A DNA stretch of 64,000 bases, taken from the human T2T-CHM13v2.0 reference genome, Homo sapiens. Below the pieces are notes generated by a model. The model made no database searches, was not told the origin of the DNA, and saw only the letters and a list, made by a program, of their open reading frames with translations. Below, piece after piece: positions 1 to 13,727 of this stretch. A program made the position numbers and the translations under genes. The stretch lies in assembly GCF_009914755.1 (NCBI RefSeq), contig NC_060930.1. The stretch is one strand, 5' to 3'. Positions within the stretch are counted from its first letter, which is position 1. Each line of letters starts with the position of its first letter.

Positions 1-118
1 GGCTTACACCTATAATCCCAGTACTTTGGGAGGCTGAGGAGGGAGGATCGCTTGAGCCCAGGAGTTCAAAACCAGCCTGGCAAATATAGCAAGATCTCAT
101 CTCTTAAAAAAAAAAAAA
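1..118 (+). mobile_element. FLAM/Alu left monomer (truncated by window start)
   Basis: Alu left-arm consensus then poly(A). Confidence 0.85.
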
Positions 119-840
119 GTGTTAGCCATTACTATTATTGAATCATCGGACATCATGGTTGAAAGTCAACTAGAAGCTCTCCATGGGCAGTCTTATCTAA
201 TTTATCTTTTTAAACTGGATCCAAAAAATGGAAACAATTTTCTGCCACATATTCACATCGATCCATACATGCATCATTGAGACCTACATATAAGTGGAGC
301 AAAAACAAGCTACTATCTCTAGTCAGCATTCTTAACCTGTCTTCGTCGCTTATTCTGTATATCAGAGTCCTGCCTTTGTCGTCAGACAAACTGCCCTTGG
401 AGCACAGGTGTTTTATGTTTATCAACACCATCAAAGATGAGACATTTGTTTTCTACAAGGAACTACCAGAATAATGTCAGCGGTGCTATGGTGTCCACAT
501 AAACTTAAGAGGAAGGCCCGCAGGAGCAAGCCAGCTCTGCAGATAAGGCAGTGGTGATGGTAGAGTATGCCTGCATCCCCCAGGGTCCCACCCTGGGATA
601 CATGGATCCTCCAAAGCCATTTCCGTGCTCCCGGCTGCAGCATCCAGCATGTCACCTTCAGGATATTTCCTGGGGAGTTCATCCAATGAGGGCACAAAAG
701 GCAAGGACAGGGAGAAAAACAGAGAAACAATACTGGGAACACCTAATACGTGGCCTTGAAATCTTTGAAACAATAGTTAAGGATGCAATATGGCAAAATG
801 TGAATGTGTGGGGTTGCAATGCCAGTGAATATTTCCAGAA

Positions 841-1060
841 CAGTGGTTCTCAAACCGGGGTGATTTTGCCCCTCCCTCTCTACTCCCCAGGGGACATGAG
901 GCAAGACATTTTTGGTTGTCACACTGAAATGAGGTGCTGCTGTGTCTACTGCGTAGAGGCCAGGGATCCTGCAGAAAATCCTACAATCTACAGGACAGCC
1001 CTCCATAACAAAGAATTATCCCATCCAAAATGTCAATAGCACTCAGGTAGAGAAGTCCTG
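841..1060 (+). mobile_element. MER20 (hAT-Charlie DNA transposon)
   Basis: CAGTGGTTCTCAA...GACATTTTTGGTTGTCAC...GAGGCCAGGGAT...AAAATGTCAATAG consensus; degenerate 8-bp TSD TTCCAGAA/CTCTAGAA. Confidence 0.85.
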
Positions 1061-1177
1061 CTCTAGAACAACCAGAAGGGATGAAAGGAAATCATTTCCT
1101 CCTCAGTGAGGGAAGGATGGAAGAAAATAGCTATTACTATGGATGGTTACAGACGAGGCCCAAAGAAAAAGAATCTA

Positions 1178-1522
<345 letters not shown>

Positions 1523-1529
1523 TTAATTT

Positions 1530-1697
1530 TTCTTTTCTTTCTTTCTTTTTTTCTTTTTCTTTTTTTTTTTTTTTAGAGATAGGGTCTTGCTATTTTGCCC
1601 AGGGCTGGCCTTGAACTCCCAGGGCTGGCCTTGAACTCCTGAGCCCAAGGAATCCTTCCACCTCAGCCCCTCAAAGGGCTGGGATTACGCCCAGCCC
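1530..1697 (-). mobile_element. FLAM/Alu monomer
   Basis: poly(T) then reverse left arm with a 20-bp internal duplication. Confidence 0.8.
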
Positions 1698-2214
1698 AAG
1701 AATGCCCTTTGTATACTACTGGACATTTCTCAACTTTCTTACCCTTATATCCACACCCATACACCCACTACTGAGCAAAGGACACATTTATTTATCATCT
1801 TTTTGCAACAGAGATATCAACATTTAAAACTGGATTTGGTGAGGAGGGGAAAATTCCTTTATAAAAGTAAGACTTCTTCATTCAGACCTTCATCTGTGTT
1901 AGTCAGAACTTGTTTCCTATCTAGCTTAACATTCAGTAGGAATTTGCCCAAACATGAAATCATTTTAAACTTCACAGTGGGTTATACGTGTGGAAGCAGT
2001 TTTATGGACCACATATCAAAGTGGGGAAAAGATTTAGAAAAACTGCACTCAGTGGTCTGTCGAGAACTAAGAAAGAAGCAGCAGCTGCCCCAGGTCCTGG
2101 AATCCTAAACCGCATTGCTGTGTTCCTGGAGCACCGTCCCCCATAGAACAAGCGGCCCAATAGCGACCAGCATGTTCTATGACTGCCTGGGTTTGGGTCC
2201 AGTCTTCAGGAAGA

Positions 2215-2395
2215 CAAGCTGTGTGGCCTTAGGCCAGTTACTGAACTTCTTTGTGCTGCTGTTTTTTCATCCAAAAAATAGAGATAACAATAGAATGTAC
2301 CTCATAGCATTGTCGGGTAGATCAAGTGAGATAATACAGGTAAAACACTTAGCACCTGTCAAGGCATTGCAAGCCCTCTAGAAGTCTTAGCTGTT
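2215..2395 (+). mobile_element. MIR
   Basis: GCTGTGTGGCCTTAGGCCAGTTAC...GAGATAATA...AAACACTTAGCAC core. Confidence 0.65.
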
Positions 2396-2904
2396 ACAGT
2401 TTGGATGAGAAAGTGAAACATGGTATATTGATCAAGGTTAAAGGACTGGGTCTGTTTGCTTTTAAATGTAATCAACTTTTGTATCTCTGTGGCCTAAAAT
2501 AATCTGTAGTTTGTTTTAAAACTAGACAAAATAGAATTAATTTTCTTTTCCTCTACTCTGGAAATGACAAGCCAAAATTATACCGGTACCAAAGAATGCT
2601 TATACAATTAGAAAACAGCATTGGTGGAGAAAGAGCCCAAGAAAGATAATTTAGATAATTTACTGTGAAAGGAAGTTTAAGAATGGGTTTTGTGTTTGTG
2701 CAAATCCTAGGTGCTCAATAAATGTCTACTGAGAAATAAAACTGAGTGATATTTTTATGGAAGATGAGAAGTAATACAATCTTAAGGGAAAGTTGCATGG
2801 GAAAAAAAGGGAAATCACTATAGAGGTGACACACTGGGCTCACAAAATATTGTAGGAGTTTTGGAGAGTTCCCATGAAGGCACTCACAGTGTTTCTCTTC
2901 CCTG

Positions 2905-3400
2905 GCAGCTCACTGGGGCACCTTTAAAAATCCTAATTTTGGCCAGGGTGTGGTGGCTCACACCTGCAATCTCAGTAGTTTGGGAGACTGAGGTGGGCGG
3001 ATCGCTTGAGTCCAGGAGTTCAAGACCAGCCTGGGCGACCAAAAAGTACAAAAACTAGCTGGGCTTGGTGGTGTGTATCTGTAGTCCCAGCTACTTGGGA
3101 GGATGAGGTGGGAAGATGGCCTGAGCCTGGGGAGACTGAGGCTGCAGCGCCACTGCATGCCAGCCTGGACAACGGAGCGAGACCCTGTCTCAAAAGAAGA
3201 ATCCTATTGCTCAGGGAGGATTGATTAAATCAGGATGGGCAGAAGAGGGCTGCAGCTCAGGCTCCAGAGTTTTTTATATGATTGCAATGCACAGCCAAGG
3301 TTGAGAGCCAAGGCTCTAGTCTAGACCAGTGGTTCTCAACCTTGAATGCCAAAGGAATTGCCTGGGATTTTATTAAAACTCAGATTCCAGTTCAGTCGGT
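2905..3400 (+). mobile_element. MER5-type fragments (first split by an Alu), followed by a second MER5 start at 3327
   Basis: ...ATGCACAGCCAAGGTTGAGAGCC end motif and CAGTGGTTCTCAACCTTG start motif. Confidence 0.6.
2941..3198 (+). mobile_element. Alu (J)
   Basis: dimer with internal deletion; TSD-like AATCCTA. Confidence 0.9.
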
Positions 3401-3951
3401 GTGTATAAGGGAAGCGGGGAGCAGAAGGGAGCAGGAGGCAAAGATAACTTTTTCCTAAATAACTCCCAGAAGAGGTCAGTTTTGCAGTTCTGCAGATCCC
3501 ATTTGCAGCTGCAAGGCTCATATGCTTTGAAAATGGCTCTATATAAACAAATGTATGATGTCATTATAAAATGCTACTGTTGTTCTTTCAGAGGAAACTC
3601 ATTTGTTCTACAAATGTTTAGTAGCCTACGTGCTTTTGGAGGGATACAAAGATGGATAAATAGATGGCTTCCCTCAAGTTATTTACAATTCAATTTATAA
3701 TAGATGACATTTAAGTTAAGCAGAAAATAAAACTTCCTGATTGTAAGGCTTTCTGCTGGTGGTGAGATGGGATGGGTGTTCGAGGACACTAGGAGGGTGT
3801 TGATGGGTATTGGGGTTGAGGATATTAAGGGGAAGTTTTGCTTCAGGAAAGTAATGAAGGAAGAATATCTGTGTCACGCAACAGAAGATAAGTGGAAAAT
3901 TCAAGAAAGAGGTAGAAGAAGTTCATAGCAAAAAGAGATTGAGCATCAGGG

Positions 3952-4250
3952 TTTGGTTTTGTTTTTTTGAGACAGGGTCTCACTCTGTTGCCCAGGCTGA
4001 GTGTAGTGGTGCAATCATAGCTCACTGCATACTTGACCTCCCAGGCTCAAGCAATCCTCCCATCTCAGCCACCTGAGTAGCTGGGACTACAGGCATTCAC
4101 CATCACACCCAGCTAATTTTTTTATTTTTTGTAGAGACAGGGTTTGGCTAATGCCGCCCAGGCTAGTCTTGAACTCCTGGATGCAAGCAATCCTCCCACC
4201 TCGGCCTCCCAAAATGCTGGGATTACAGGCATGAGCCACTGCACTGGACC
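3952..4250 (-). mobile_element. Alu (J)
   Basis: reverse Alu dimer. Confidence 0.93.
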
Positions 4251-4915
4251 ATGAAAGTTTGAAAGAAGTCGTCTTATAGATGGTTATGAAGAGTTGGAAG
4301 TTTCTGAGGAAAGAGAGCCTTGTTGCTGAAGGTAAGAGGACATTGCTACTGGATTTGAGGTTGTACCTGGGAGCTCCTACTGGTCTATGATACTCACTGG
4401 GCTTCTCGGGTAAGCCAAGCACATAAGTTCAGCTAAATTTTCTCTAAGAGATTCATCCATATGCCATTTGCACCTGACTTCCAAACCAAATAGATTTATA
4501 GACATTGAGAGCAGCTTCGGTCAAGTGTTAGAACCTAGGGGTTTGTACCATGAATCTTTCTGAATAGTTTCTCCTCGTGTCTTCTCCATGCATTTAACAT
4601 TATCAGTCAACAGCAGTCTGACATCAAGAGTGTTCAGATGCGTTCGTATGTGTCAGGCACCAAGTGGACAGACAAAAGTTAAACTGGAACCTCATCTTTA
4701 TTGGTCACCTGGCTGATACCAACTTTGCTGACGCTGGCAAGCTCCACACCAGGCTTGCAAAATCTCCACCTGCTTATGAAAGCACTAATGGACCTGCTGA
4801 GTTTTCAAACTGTCGGGCAAACCTGCTCCTCCTTGTCTAAGTGCCAGCAGATTTACAAATGCCTCTGATAGTCATTCCCCAAGCTTGAGCACCTTAAATT
4901 TTTTTAACCCACCTC

Positions 4916-4918
<3 letters not shown>

Positions 4919-4946
<28 letters not shown>
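4919..4946. repeat. (CA)n microsatellite
   Basis: ~14 CA units. Confidence 0.95.
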
Positions 4947-5459
4947 ATTTTTAAAGAATAGTGTTTTTTTCTTATTAAAAGTAATATCTGTACTAGGCAG
5001 AACATTCAGAAAATAGAAAAGTATAAAGGAAAACATAAAAATCACCATAATCTCTCTATCCAAAGATAACTATGAGCCCTGTTCATATTTTGGTAAATTT
5101 CTTCCAGGTCATGTTTATTGCAAATGTGGGATTATGCAGCAGAGAAAATTTTGCTATTCTGCTTTGTCAGTTAACATTCTTGTTAAATAAGTTAAAAGGG
5201 GAAATCATTTTTCTTTTCCTAGTCTGCTCATATCCATGAAGGCAAATAGCTCTTCCATAGTGTAAATTCCCACTGGTGGGTCGTGGTCTTCATTATATAC
5301 TGGAAACAGCATTTGGTAAGAGAATTATCCAGTGTTCCAGATGCCTTGTGCTGAGACTGCTGTTGGATTCAGTAAAGAATGGTTCTGTCTGAGGTAGGGA
5401 TCAGTTAAGGTAGGTAGAATTTGCTGATTCTCACTATCACAATATTCTTGGGGATAAGG

Positions 5460-5939
5460 TGTTGTGCCAAACTCCTATTAATCTCAATAGGGAAGGTACC
5501 AGGTTCAAGACGCCAAAGAAGAGACCAAGAGCCAGCAAATGAGACACGGGGTTTTATTAGGGAATTACATACAGGGGAGAGAGTCCAGCGGTGGCAGGCT
5601 GGACAACATAACCACATAGCCCAGTGGCAGTGGGTTGGGCAGGAAAACTGCAGCCACCTGCAAACAGCATGCAGTTTCCATAGCATTTCCACTTAACACC
5701 CTCCCCGTGACAACCTCCACCTGGCAACCTTCATTTAACCCAAAACTCAGGGCCTTGATGTACAGCCTGTGTTCCATGGAACATGCAAGGGGCTCAGATG
5801 TTTATCATAGATAAGGAACGAACTTCCAGGTTAGCTACTTGGGTTCCCCAGCTTGGAACACACATTTAGATGCATCTGCCATCCAGGGGCATTCTCAGAG
5901 TATGCTTAAAGAATTGCTACCAGGTGTGTTTACCCTACG
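5460..5939 (-). mobile_element. solo LTR, ERVL class (LTR47-like)
   Basis: TG...C(G) termini; near-perfect 5-bp TSD TAAGG/TAAGA; minus-strand AATAAA at ~5552-5557; resembles recalled LTR47A consensus. Confidence 0.7.
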
Positions 5940-6265
5940 TAAGACTATCCCAGGTTTAGGATAGCAGCCTCTACGACTTAAGAAGGCCACCTTTGTGTTC
6001 ATAAAATCATCTGCATATTGTCATAATATTTGCTTAACTAACTATATAATCCACCCTCAGGACATTTTCATATTAAATGCTCATTATTTCTTAAACTTGC
6101 CCTTTTCTTCTCACCTGTCAATAGACATTGATTCTCATGAGGCAATTCTTTCAACAAGCACTTATTGAACACCGACAGTGCTAGAGTTTTCAGAACGCTG
6201 ATGATCAGGCCCTTCCCTGAGAGATGATTTTAGACTAAGGATGCATGGTTTGGGAAGCCTATGAG

Positions 6266-6439
6266 CAATGGTTCTCATATCTGCTATACATTAGCATCAC
6301 CTGGAAAGCTTTTGCAAAGGCCAGGGCTCAGGATGCACCCAGACCAGGTGATTGACTGTTTCTGAGGATGGGGCTTAGGCATGTAGCTTTCAAAGCTCCC
6401 CAAGTGATTTTAATGTGCAGCCAGGGTTGAGAACCAGTG
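6266..6439 (+). mobile_element. MER5A/MER5B-type hAT element
   Basis: TIRs CAATGGTTCTC / GAGAACCAGTG; internal CATCACCTGG...AAGCTCCCCAAGTGATT. Confidence 0.8.
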
Positions 6440-6447
6440 CCAGAAAA

Positions 6448-6633
6448 CAATGATTCTCATCAAATTGGCTGCATATGAGAATCAGCCAGGGAGACTTTTT
6501 TAATAAATAAAACTACCTGGGCCCCACCCCAGAACAAATGAGTCAGAATCTTTGGAAGAGGGATCTGGGCAACTGTATGTTTTCCAAAGCTCCTTCATAT
6601 AATCTGATACATGGCAAGTACTGAGAATCATTG
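6448..6633 (+). mobile_element. second MER5-type hAT element
   Basis: TIRs CAATGATTCTCA / TGAGAATCATTG; GGGCCCCACCCCAGA...TCAGAATC core. Confidence 0.75.
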
Positions 6634-7472
6634 CTACAGGCAATCTAGTGAATGAGAACATCTAGAGTTGAACCCATTTCTGGCTCTTTGGCTTTGCAAG
6701 CCACGCATAACTGTAGGATGAAGAGTCACCTCTGAGCAGCCATGTTGGGTAATGAACAGCAGGGCTGAGAACCTGAAGGCATGGGTCAAGTCTTGGCTTT
6801 GCCATATAACATTTGCTCTGCAATGTCACACAAATCACGTAACTTCTCTGGGTTAGGAGTCCTGTCCACCTGCCTAAAAATCCAGTGCTCTTTCTACCAT
6901 ACCTCTGTTTTTAGACTTTTTTTCTACCTTAATTGATATTTTACTGTTTTGTTTTTGTTTTTGTTTAATGATCAGTACATAGACCTAATGATTCATTTCT
7001 ATATAGTTCTTTTATTTTTTTTCCCAAACCTCCAGGTAGTATTTATCCCAGATTCCAAACTTTCCTGTGGCCTAAAAGCTATTTAGTCTATTGGAAACAT
7101 TCAGCAAGCTCTTTACAAAAATGACTGCAGTGTCTTCAACACGTTTGAGTTGCACTCATAGTTTGCCCCAGTCACGTGCGAGTTTAACGTACAACTCTAC
7201 ATCACGTAATGGGACATCTTTAACAACAAAAACTTCCCGTGCCCAAGGTCATGCACAGGAGAAGAAGGGAGTGAATTTCTACTTTATGCATATTTTAGGG
7301 AACAATACTGTGGCTATCACTTACCCTTTGAGCACTCTTGATTTTGGTCATTTATATTAGAACATGAGAAACAGTGACAGTGAATACAAATGAGTACTAA
7401 CCGAATTCCTAGGCTGCTACCAGAAAATAAAATTTAAAGTCCCTTCCCATATTCACAACGGTGGCAATAACT

Positions 7473-7512
7473 GTATATATATACATATATATATATATAT
7501 ATGTATATATAT
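7473..7512. repeat. (TA)n microsatellite within the pseudogene 3'UTR
   Basis: interrupted TA run. Confidence 0.9.
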
Positions 7513-7664
7513 GTCTATAAACTTACAAAAAAGATAAACTCTAGCTTCTAAACAAATTACACAATCGATTTTGCCTTTATCCTTGAGTGTGACACAGAAA
7601 AATGAAAACCTGTAGACCTAGTTATCAAAAGACACTTATCCTCCTCAGCCCAGGTATGAACTTA

Positions 7665-8282
<618 letters not shown>

Positions 8283-8937
8283 CTACAAAGGCCAATCCTT
8301 AGAGCCATTTGGAAGGAACTGTGTGCAAAATCTTCGATTGACTTATCTTGATTATACATCCCTATGGCAACACCACCACCCTCTTCCAAGTTATGTACCA
8401 GGTATGTCACCTTTTGGGTTCTGTCACTTAGTGTGTAGGTTATCTCTACTTTTCCAGGCCCAGGAACAACAAAATCAGCTGCTCTGTATTGATCCCCATA
8501 AGCAATGCGACCTACGATGATGGATTTTACCCATCCACTCACAAGCTGGGGGATATTTTTGCAGATAATGGCTTCTCTGAGGACCGTGCCAACCAGAATA
8601 TTTTGGATGGTGCCATTTGGCGATTTCCACATTTGTTTCAACTTGAACTCCTCAACCCTTTTCTCATCAGCAGTGATAGTGGCACACTTGACACCAACGT
8701 TATACTTCTTTATAGCTTCTGCAGCATCCTTGGTGACCTGGTCGTTGGTGGCATCACAGTACTCTATGCCTAAATCATAGCTATGTACATCCAGTTCCAC
8801 ATAGGGAAAAATGAGTTTCTCTTTATTCAATTCCCAAATGATTTGTGTCATTTCATCTCCTTGCATCTCTACCACAGAACCGCCACTGATTTTTTTAGAC
8901 ATTTTGAGTTTAATAAACCTTGAAAGTGAATCAATTT

Positions 8938-9233
8938 TTTTTTTTTTTCTGAGACGGAGTTTTGCTCTTGTTGCCCAGGCTGGAGTGCAATGGCATGATC
9001 TTGGCTCACTGCAACCTCCATCTCCAGGGGTTCAAGTGATTCTCCTGCCTCAGCCTCCCGAGTAGCTGGGATTACAGGCATGCGCCACCATGCCCGGCTA
9101 ATTTTGTATTTTTAGTAGAGATGGAGTTTCACCATGTTGGTCAGGCTGCTCTCGAACTCCTGACCTCAGGTGATCTGCCCGCCTCAGCCTCCCAAAGTGC
9201 TGGGATTACAGGCGTGAGCCACCGTGCCCCGCC
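8938..9233 (-). mobile_element. Alu (Sp/Sq-like) nested in the IDH1 pseudogene 5'UTR
   Basis: GAGTTTTGCTCTTGTTGCCC...GCAATGGC diagnostic; TSD AAAGTGAATCAATTT/ACAGTGCATCAATTT. Confidence 0.95.
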
Positions 9234-9881
9234 AACAGTGCATCAATTTCTTATCACCCCAATTCCTTCCAGTCTTTCAGACTTAACTGAACGTAGTTTA
9301 TCTCCTGCCGGGATGATATGCTGATGGGGAGCTGGGGCGCTACAGCTGCTCACATGCTCAGACTCACACACACAGGCTGGCAATCCAAAACCGGACTCCC
9401 GCTGCCTTGGCTTCTGACACAGCCTCTGCAGAAACCCTGTATATAGTTCTTAACAGTGAGTACTGAAAATATAAAAAGCTATGCAACTGTAATTCTTTTC
9501 CAAACAGTTATTCTATTGACTTTTTAGCTTACGATTTGGAGACAAATTATTTTTTTTAGAAACAGGTTTTCAAATGCCATCATCTTAAAACATTGAAAAT
9601 TTGTTTGGTCTAAAATTTGACTAATTCACGATTTCATATAGATACTACATGCTCAAAACTGTCCAATCTTTCACAACACATTGATAAAATTATTAGGAAA
9701 AATTGGATTACCAGGAACAAAGGTGTCATGGAGGACACCCCGTTCCATCAGGGAACCCAGATCAAGGAGTAGTTTTATAAATAATTTTAGTAAAAGACAA
9801 GGGAATAAAGCTAAGCAGTATAAAATGTTTATAAGTTAAATGCATGATTACGACTTTAAATTGCCATTGGATTGGATTGTG

Positions 9882-9882
<1 letters not shown>

Positions 9883-9914
<32 letters not shown>

Positions 9915-10187
9915 AGACAGGGTTTCCTTCTGTGGCCCAGGCTGGAATGCAGTGACCTGGTTCGATCTCAGCTCACCGCAACCTCTGTGTCCTGGGCTGG
10001 GGTGGTTCTCTTGAGTAGCTGGGACTACAGACGCGCACTACCACGCCCGGCTAATTTTTCTGTTTTTAGTAGAGACAGGGTTTTTCTGTGTTGCCCAGGC
10101 TGGTCTCAAACCCCTGGGCTCAAGTGATCCACCCGCCTTGGCCTCCCAAGGGGCTGGGATTAGAGACACACACCACCACACCCAGCC
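9883..10187 (-). mobile_element. Alu (J)
   Basis: reverse Alu; TSD GATTGTGCTT. Confidence 0.92.
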
Positions 10188-11214
10188 TGATTGTGCTTCT
10201 TGTAATGGGATGTTGGAAACTGCCAGCACAGTTTCCACCACCTCCCCTCCCCCACCCTCAGACTACAGTCAATGTCTCCCTTAATTCGATTTCCACTTAT
10301 TCTATGAATAGCTAAATTGAAAAATGTATGATGTATATGGAAAAATATACAACCAGGGTGGGGAAGGGGCACTAAATAAAAGGAAAAGAAACCTAACCCC
10401 AGGCCATGAGCTTACTTCTTTAAAAAAGTATTTACCCTTATCAAAAACAAATTTTTTTTTAAGGGAAGGGGTAGGTTTCCTGCTTCTTACAAGTGTGTTT
10501 CTAGAACTATTAAAAACTTGCCTTTACAAAATCGTTGGTAAAATGGCTCTTCTGGCTTCTGCAAGAAGGCAATGCTGAGATAATCGAGGGTACTCAGTTG
10601 AGGATACTCACCAGATTTGGCTGCTTTCTCTCCTGCTTCCCCAGAGTCTGGCCTCTTCTGGTTTTAGCATCTTCATTTTCTGCAGGTGAGTCTGATTTCA
10701 TAGTTTTGCTCCTCCTTTCCCTTTTGTTTACACTTTCTTACTTTTATTGTTTGTATATTTTAAAATCAGTTTCAGCATCTGCAGGAACAGGTTTGGATAC
10801 CATCTTGCCAGTCTCTCCATGACTGTCTCTTGAGCTGAACTGCTCCTTTTCCCCGGCTTCCTGGCAGTGTTCCGGGCCGGCACTGCGAGGGCCTTTGCAG
10901 AGCTGTCCTGGCTGCAATTCTTACCACCCCTAAGCTGCTGGGACCCTTAAAACTTCTTAAAATCATCAAAACTCCTTTTTTACTTGCGAAATCTTGCACA
11001 GAATCCTGATATTTCATAGGGATAGAGATGTAATTGTCCCTGCTGAAGTGGGAGTAAGTACACTTTTGTGGAATGCTCATACCCCTGATCTGGAAATTCC
11101 ACCAGTCATCATGTGATGCTGACAGATTTTTACCTTTGAATATGAAAAATGATTAAGAATACTTTGGGGGATTTTCTTTTCATAAAGAGAAATTACCAGT
11201 CACTTCTCCCAATT

Positions 11215-11362
11215 CTTTTTATTTTTTATTTGTATTAATCTAATTTTACAGAGATGGAGTCTCACCATGTTGGCTGGCCTCAAACTCCTGAGCTCAAGGA
11301 ATCCTCCCACCTTGACCTCCCAAAGTGCTGGGATTATAGAAATGAGCCACCATGCCTGGGCT
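11215..11362 (-). mobile_element. FLAM/Alu monomer
   Basis: reverse left arm; CTCCCAATTCT on both flanks. Confidence 0.8.
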
Positions 11363-12119
11363 CCCAATTCTCGAAGTTGGAGAAAACGGAAAAAAGGTGA
11401 TATTGATGGTGAGGAGTTTGGGAACAAATAGCCCTCATGGTCCTGTCTGCTCATGTCAATGAGGGAGGGGATCCCTGGTGGAATACCTCACGGGAGAGGC
11501 AGGCGTCAAAATCTGACTGGGTAAGAATACACGACCCCGGCAGGCCCACGTTGTATTGGCCTCCTTTATCCATAAAGGGTGAGGTGGAAAGTGAGAGGAA
11601 GGAGCATTTCCTCCTGAGAGAATAGAGTTGTGACACAGCCATATTTGACCTGGTCATCTCTGATGGTCTATCAGGTGCTGCGTAAGACCAACAGAAACTA
11701 CTCACTGAGCCATCCCTATTAGGTGACCCATGACCTTAATTAATGACCACTAATCTGTGTTCATTGTTTACCAGCAGGTTAATAAGCCCTTTAGTAATAC
11801 CAGAGAAGAAAACAATTAGGAAAGTACAGGCTAAATGACTGTATGACCTGCAGAGAGCCTAGACTTTTATCTGGCCCATCAGTTTGGGCTCCATAGTAAG
11901 TGTAGCACAATATTTCCTTTAATAATTATGTAGGACTAACGTCTCATCTCCCTGGGAAGCTCCAAACACTTGACTTATGAATAGGCTCTCTTTCTCTTCA
12001 TTGCTAGAATTCCATCCATCACCACCCTCATTAAAGAAAATATATATAAGTTTTGAAGTTGCTTGTGTTTTTATAGAGATTCAATTGCCAATGAAATAAT
12101 CTTGAAATTTCTAGATAGC

Positions 12120-12418
12120 ACTGGGCATGGTGGCTCATGTCTATAATCCATGCACTTTGGGAGGCCGAGGTGGAAAGATTGCTCGAGCCCAGGAGTTAGA
12201 GACCAGCCTGGGCAATATGGCAAAACCTATCTCTACAAAAAATACAAAAATTAGCCAGATGTGGTGGCAGGCACCTGTAGTCCCAGGTCCTTGGGAGGCT
12301 GAGATAGGAGGGATCACCTGAGCCCAGAGAGGTTGAGGCTGCAGTGAGCTCTGATAGTGCCACTGCACTCCATTGGGCGACAGAGTGAGACCCTATCTCA
12401 AAACAAAACAAAACAAAT
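12120..12418 (+). mobile_element. Alu (J)
   Basis: dimer with (CAAAA)n tail. Confidence 0.93.
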
Positions 12419-12490
12419 GTCTATGTAGGCATTTTGAGTAAACTTTTTACTAAAGTGTAATATTCATATAGAAATACATACAAATCATAA

Positions 12491-12921
<431 letters not shown>

Positions 12922-13727
12922 ACCACTACCCTAATTCTAACGCCATGTATTCATATCATCTGTTTTTGAATGTTTCCTTTTCAAGTTAACCAGTTTAAGT
13001 TTGTTCCTGTGGACAGAAAGCTGTCTTGTCAGTATTTTTATCTCATCAGTTATAATGATAAAGAATGCTATTTTTTTTCATCTTTTTCCTTAGTGCCCTA
13101 GAGTGATTGGATGAGCTTGATATAAAGCTGTAGAGCTCAAAAGCTAAAACATCTTTCCCACAGATGCCATCAGTCTTTTCGTTTAATCGTTTGACCTAGA
13201 GGGGCTGTGAACATCTCTGTTCTGGTGTATTTTACAGAGAACATCTCTGTAGCTGGTGTATTTTAGTGCTTATTTGTGGATCCGATTCAAGTCATATATA
13301 TTTGCATATTTTACTTTTATGCACGTGTGAAATGTGCACATACACACACACAGAGCTTCCTGTTTTTCCTGCATTGATTTCTCCTTTCCTATTTCTATCC
13401 TCAGTAGACATCCTTCTGTACCCCACGCTATCCTTGCCTTGGGCTCCTCGTACAGACCTTCCTCAACAAATCCCACTCTCCAGACTCAGCCACCCCTGTA
13501 CACACTGCCTTAAAATGATTGACTATTTATCATTCAAAAGGTGCACACAACCATGGAGAATCCGCTTTCACTTCTACTTTTGATGTAAAGACCATAAGAA
13601 ATCCAAGTTTGGAAGGGGAAACAGTGCAGTTAAAGCAACTGGTAGAATGTGTGGCTTTTCACCATCTGCCTGAAGTTCCATTCTGAGTTTTTCCTGAATG
13701 AGGATGGGATGTCTGTGTTCATACATT

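Noticed and set aside
551-1039. 162-aa ORF
   Set aside because: Runs into MER20; no homology recognisable; GTG start.
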